Assembly (NCBI GenBank): GCA_963668025.2
Contig: CAXXTH010000010.1
Coordinates: forward strand, 640,001 to 704,000
Length of the DNA: 64,000 bases
Reading direction: 5' to 3'
Origin: Candidatus Hydrogenedentota bacterium
Lineage (GTDB): Bacteria > Hydrogenedentota > Hydrogenedentia > Hydrogenedentales > SLHB01
The notes under the pieces were generated by a model. It saw only the letters and a program-made list of their open reading frames with translations. It was not told where the DNA came from and searched no databases. A program made the position numbers and the translations under genes. This document shows, piece by piece, positions 61,602 to 64,000 of the stretch (positions are counted from its first letter, which is position 1; the number at the start of each line of letters is the position of its first letter).

Positions 61602-61730
61602 CGCCTTCCGGGAATATGGCATAATAACGCGGGACTGGCCGCTGAGTCCTCCCTTCGGGAGAAGAGGATTCCTCAGTCCCGGCTAACCCCCCGCCGCCCA
61701 AGCGCGCGGCATAAGAGGAAAGGATTTTCT

Positions 61731-62450
61731 ATGAACCGGTTTGTGTGGAGTTTCGTTGCTTTTGGAGCGGTTGCAATAGTGCTGTGCGGCTGTGGAGAAA
61801 AAGCGCCGGATACGGGCGGCATCACGCAAGTGGTTGAACCTGGCCCGGGGAATAAAGCGGTCATTACGACGCCTCCGGCTCCTGCTTCCTCGCCTGCCCA
61901 AAAGGCTCCCGCGCCGGCCCAAAAGGCTGCCGCTCCGGCAAAGAAAGCAGTGTATAAAGAGGAATTGTTGTTTACGGGCAACCATCCCTGGAACGCCATC
62001 GGCAATGGCGATTTTGAATATTTTTACGAAGGTTCGCTTTTCCCGCATGAATGGATTGGCTGGTACCACTATCCTGTATGCGCGTCCGAGAAATCCATTA
62101 AGAAATTCGGTGAACACAGCGTGAAAATCACCGGGCTCAAGAAGGATTATTCGGTGCTGATTTCCAAGACAGCCCCTCCGCTCGAAAAAGTATATGGAAA
62201 AAAAGTGACATTCGGGGCATGGGTGTATACCTCGAATCCGAAAAAAACGGATGTGGTCGTTTACAGCAATTTGGAAAAACCGCCTGCGTCGCAGCCCACC
62301 AAGGCCAATGAATGGCAGTTAGTGAAAGTAACCACCACGGTTCCGGAAGACGCGGAAACGTTTATGGTCGGCATCAGCCTCAAGCCGGATGATAATCCTG
62401 TGGTGTGTTATGTGGATGGCGCTTCCCTGTACATCGACCGTGAACTCTAG
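61731..62450 (+). CDS. Lipoprotein with CBM4/9-like domain
   Basis: Lipobox LCGC; Pro/Ala linker; NGDFE, TFGAWV, EWQLV, YVDGASL. Confidence 0.7.
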   Translation: MNRFVWSFVAFGAVAIVLCGCGEKAPDTGGITQVVEPGPGNKAVITTPPAPASSPAQKAPAPAQKAAAPAKKAVYKEELLFTGNHPWNAIGNGDFEYFYEGSLFPHEWIGWYHYPVCASEKSIKKFGEHSVKITGLKKDYSVLISKTAPPLEKVYGKKVTFGAWVYTSNPKKTDVVVYSNLEKPPASQPTKANEWQLVKVTTTVPEDAETFMVGISLKPDDNPVVCYVDGASLYIDREL

Positions 62451-62519
62451 ACGGATTTGAGGGAGCCGGTTCACGATGGCCCGGCTCCCATTGCTTATCT
62501 ATGTGGAGGACACATCGGC

Positions 62520-63635
62520 ATGAATCGAGCGGCGGCGGGCGGATGGCTGGCGGCATGTGCGCTGCTCAGTGTATCCGCATGGGCCGGGGACGCTTCGTTC
62601 GGCGAACTCACCGCGCGCGTGCAAGCGATTACGCCCACCCATGTGCTGGCGGCTGAACTCGCTCCGGGCGTGCTTCGCTTGGCGGGCTGCGATGCTGGGA
62701 CAGATGGTCCGCGCTCCGTGAAGCGAGCCGCGCCGTTCGAGGTGGCTATCTATTTGGAATTTTTGCCGGAATGTGAAGCGCCGTTCGAGCAGGAGTTGCT
62801 GGTATCTCTTGGTACAGCCGATATCGCCCGCATACCCCTGCGTTTTGACGCTGTTCAGCCAGGCGCCGTGGTGAAACAGACGCTGTCGCTCTACACGCCC
62901 CGGAATGCGCCGCTGGGAACCCAGCCATTGAAGGCTGGTTTGGTGCGAAAAGGCGCGCCTGGCGAAGCACGGCAATGTATGAGCCCGCGCATGGCCCCGT
63001 TGATGGAGCTGGATGTGCAATCCGCCGAGGCCGCTGAATCCATCCCAGATGCCAGCAAGGCGGTGTTGCTGGCCAGTGTGGATTCAAATGGGCGCGGTAT
63101 GCTTGCCAATGGCGGTTTTGAATCTGGTTTTCGCAATTGGTCCGTGGGGGAAGGCATTCAAGAGGGCATGTCGGGATGGAACCGCGTGCTTGGGCTTGCA
63201 CTCGATAACTCGGTGCGCCTTGCTGGGGAGTATTCGTTGCGTATTGATTTCTGCGGAGGGCAGGATGTGAATTTTTTCCATCTCACCCAAGACATCCCCG
63301 CGCAAGGCTCGTGTGAATATGTTGTGCGGTATTTTATCAAGACTCAAGACATCACTTCCCATGAAGGACCGGGTCTCGCCGTGCGCGATCCGGATCTGCC
63401 TATCACCCAATTCTACGCCGTGACCCCGAAGGCGATGCGCCTTACCGGCGTCCATGAGTGGACGCCGGTCGAGTTTTCGTTTCAAACACCCGCCCGCACC
63501 AAGCGCCTGCGCATTATTGTGCGCCGTGACGGCAGCGGCCCCGAAACCTATCTTCCAGCCCGCTTTGGTCCCATTGGCGGTTCGGCATGGTTCGACCAGA
63601 TTCAAGTCATCGAGCGGCAGCGGGCGGCGTCATGA
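62520..63635 (+). CDS. Secreted protein with CBM4/9-like domain
   Basis: Signal peptide; ANGGFESG, LTGVHEWTPV, AWFDQIQV. Confidence 0.65.
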   Translation: MNRAAAGGWLAACALLSVSAWAGDASFGELTARVQAITPTHVLAAELAPGVLRLAGCDAGTDGPRSVKRAAPFEVAIYLEFLPECEAPFEQELLVSLGTADIARIPLRFDAVQPGAVVKQTLSLYTPRNAPLGTQPLKAGLVRKGAPGEARQCMSPRMAPLMELDVQSAEAAESIPDASKAVLLASVDSNGRGMLANGGFESGFRNWSVGEGIQEGMSGWNRVLGLALDNSVRLAGEYSLRIDFCGGQDVNFFHLTQDIPAQGSCEYVVRYFIKTQDITSHEGPGLAVRDPDLPITQFYAVTPKAMRLTGVHEWTPVEFSFQTPARTKRLRIIVRRDGSGPETYLPARFGPIGGSAWFDQIQVIERQRAAS

Positions 63636-64000
63636 GTGAGATGCAAGCGCTGTCCGATGAACCGGCTGCCGGGCCTGGTTCCGCGCCAGGCAGGCAGCGA
63701 TTTTCCGTGTATCTGCCGTTAGGAATCGCGGTCGCCGTGGCGGGGGCTGCGATTGGCTTTGAACCCTTTATTACCATAGGACTCTTGGGCGGAATAACCG
63801 CCTTCTTGTTCTGCGCATCCGATAACCGCATGCGTTTTGCGTTATTCGCCTTGGCGGCTTATGCGCCCATTGAGGAGTTTGCTCTCAAATGGGCCCCTTC
63901 TGAGCTATTCTTCCCCATGCGTTTCGGCTTTTTTGTGTTCATAGGCGCCTGTGTCGCGTTCTTGTTCGCTTTTCGGCTCGCGGTGGGCCGCTTCAAATGG
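63632..64000 (+). CDS. Membrane protein, 3'-truncated (possibly O-antigen ligase-like)
   Basis: ATGA overlap; open hydrophobic frame MSEMQAL...SVYLPLGIAVAVAG... to the window end. Confidence 0.55.
   Translation, partial: MSEMQALSDEPAAGPGSAPGRQRFSVYLPLGIAVAVAGAAIGFEPFITIGLLGGITAFLFCASDNRMRFALFALAAYAPIEEFALKWAPSELFFPMRFGFFVFIGACVAFLFAFRLAVGRFKW

Noticed and set aside
61630-61710. Canonical c-di-AMP (ydaO) riboswitch
   Set aside because: Only terminal motifs resemble it; too short and the central conserved elements are missing
1-64000. CRISPR array, cas genes, rRNA
   Set aside because: No regularly spaced repeat-spacer array, cas motifs or rRNA sequence seen

Overview
GC-rich bacterial chromosome segment (the PKD/FGE-sulfatase and CBM-rich secreted proteins suggest a Hydrogenedentes/PVC-like host; inference only). 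Main finding: a ~15.0 kb element (3183-18220; ~13.3 kb without an internal IS1380) integrated at the 3' end of tRNA-Val(TAC). It encodes an integrase, two HTH proteins, a split D5-type helicase followed by an iteron origin, a small terminase, a tape measure protein and an HK97-gp10-like protein, but no recognisable capsid, portal, large terminase, tail tube or repressor, so it looks like a phage satellite carrying its own tail-length protein. After it come the rpsF-ssb-yybS-rplI-dnaB housekeeping block with rpsR (ssb frameshifted in an A8 run), a low-GC ATPase+TOPRIM (PARIS-like) gene pair, a FecR/OmpA/CHASE2-HD-GYP module, a PKD-repeat FGE protein, a kdpFABC operon with split KdpD (fused to PTS EIIA) and a sigma54 activator, two class IIC group II introns in exact tandem after one terminator, and polysaccharide/surface genes. 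All family calls come from motif recognition by eye; no searches were run.
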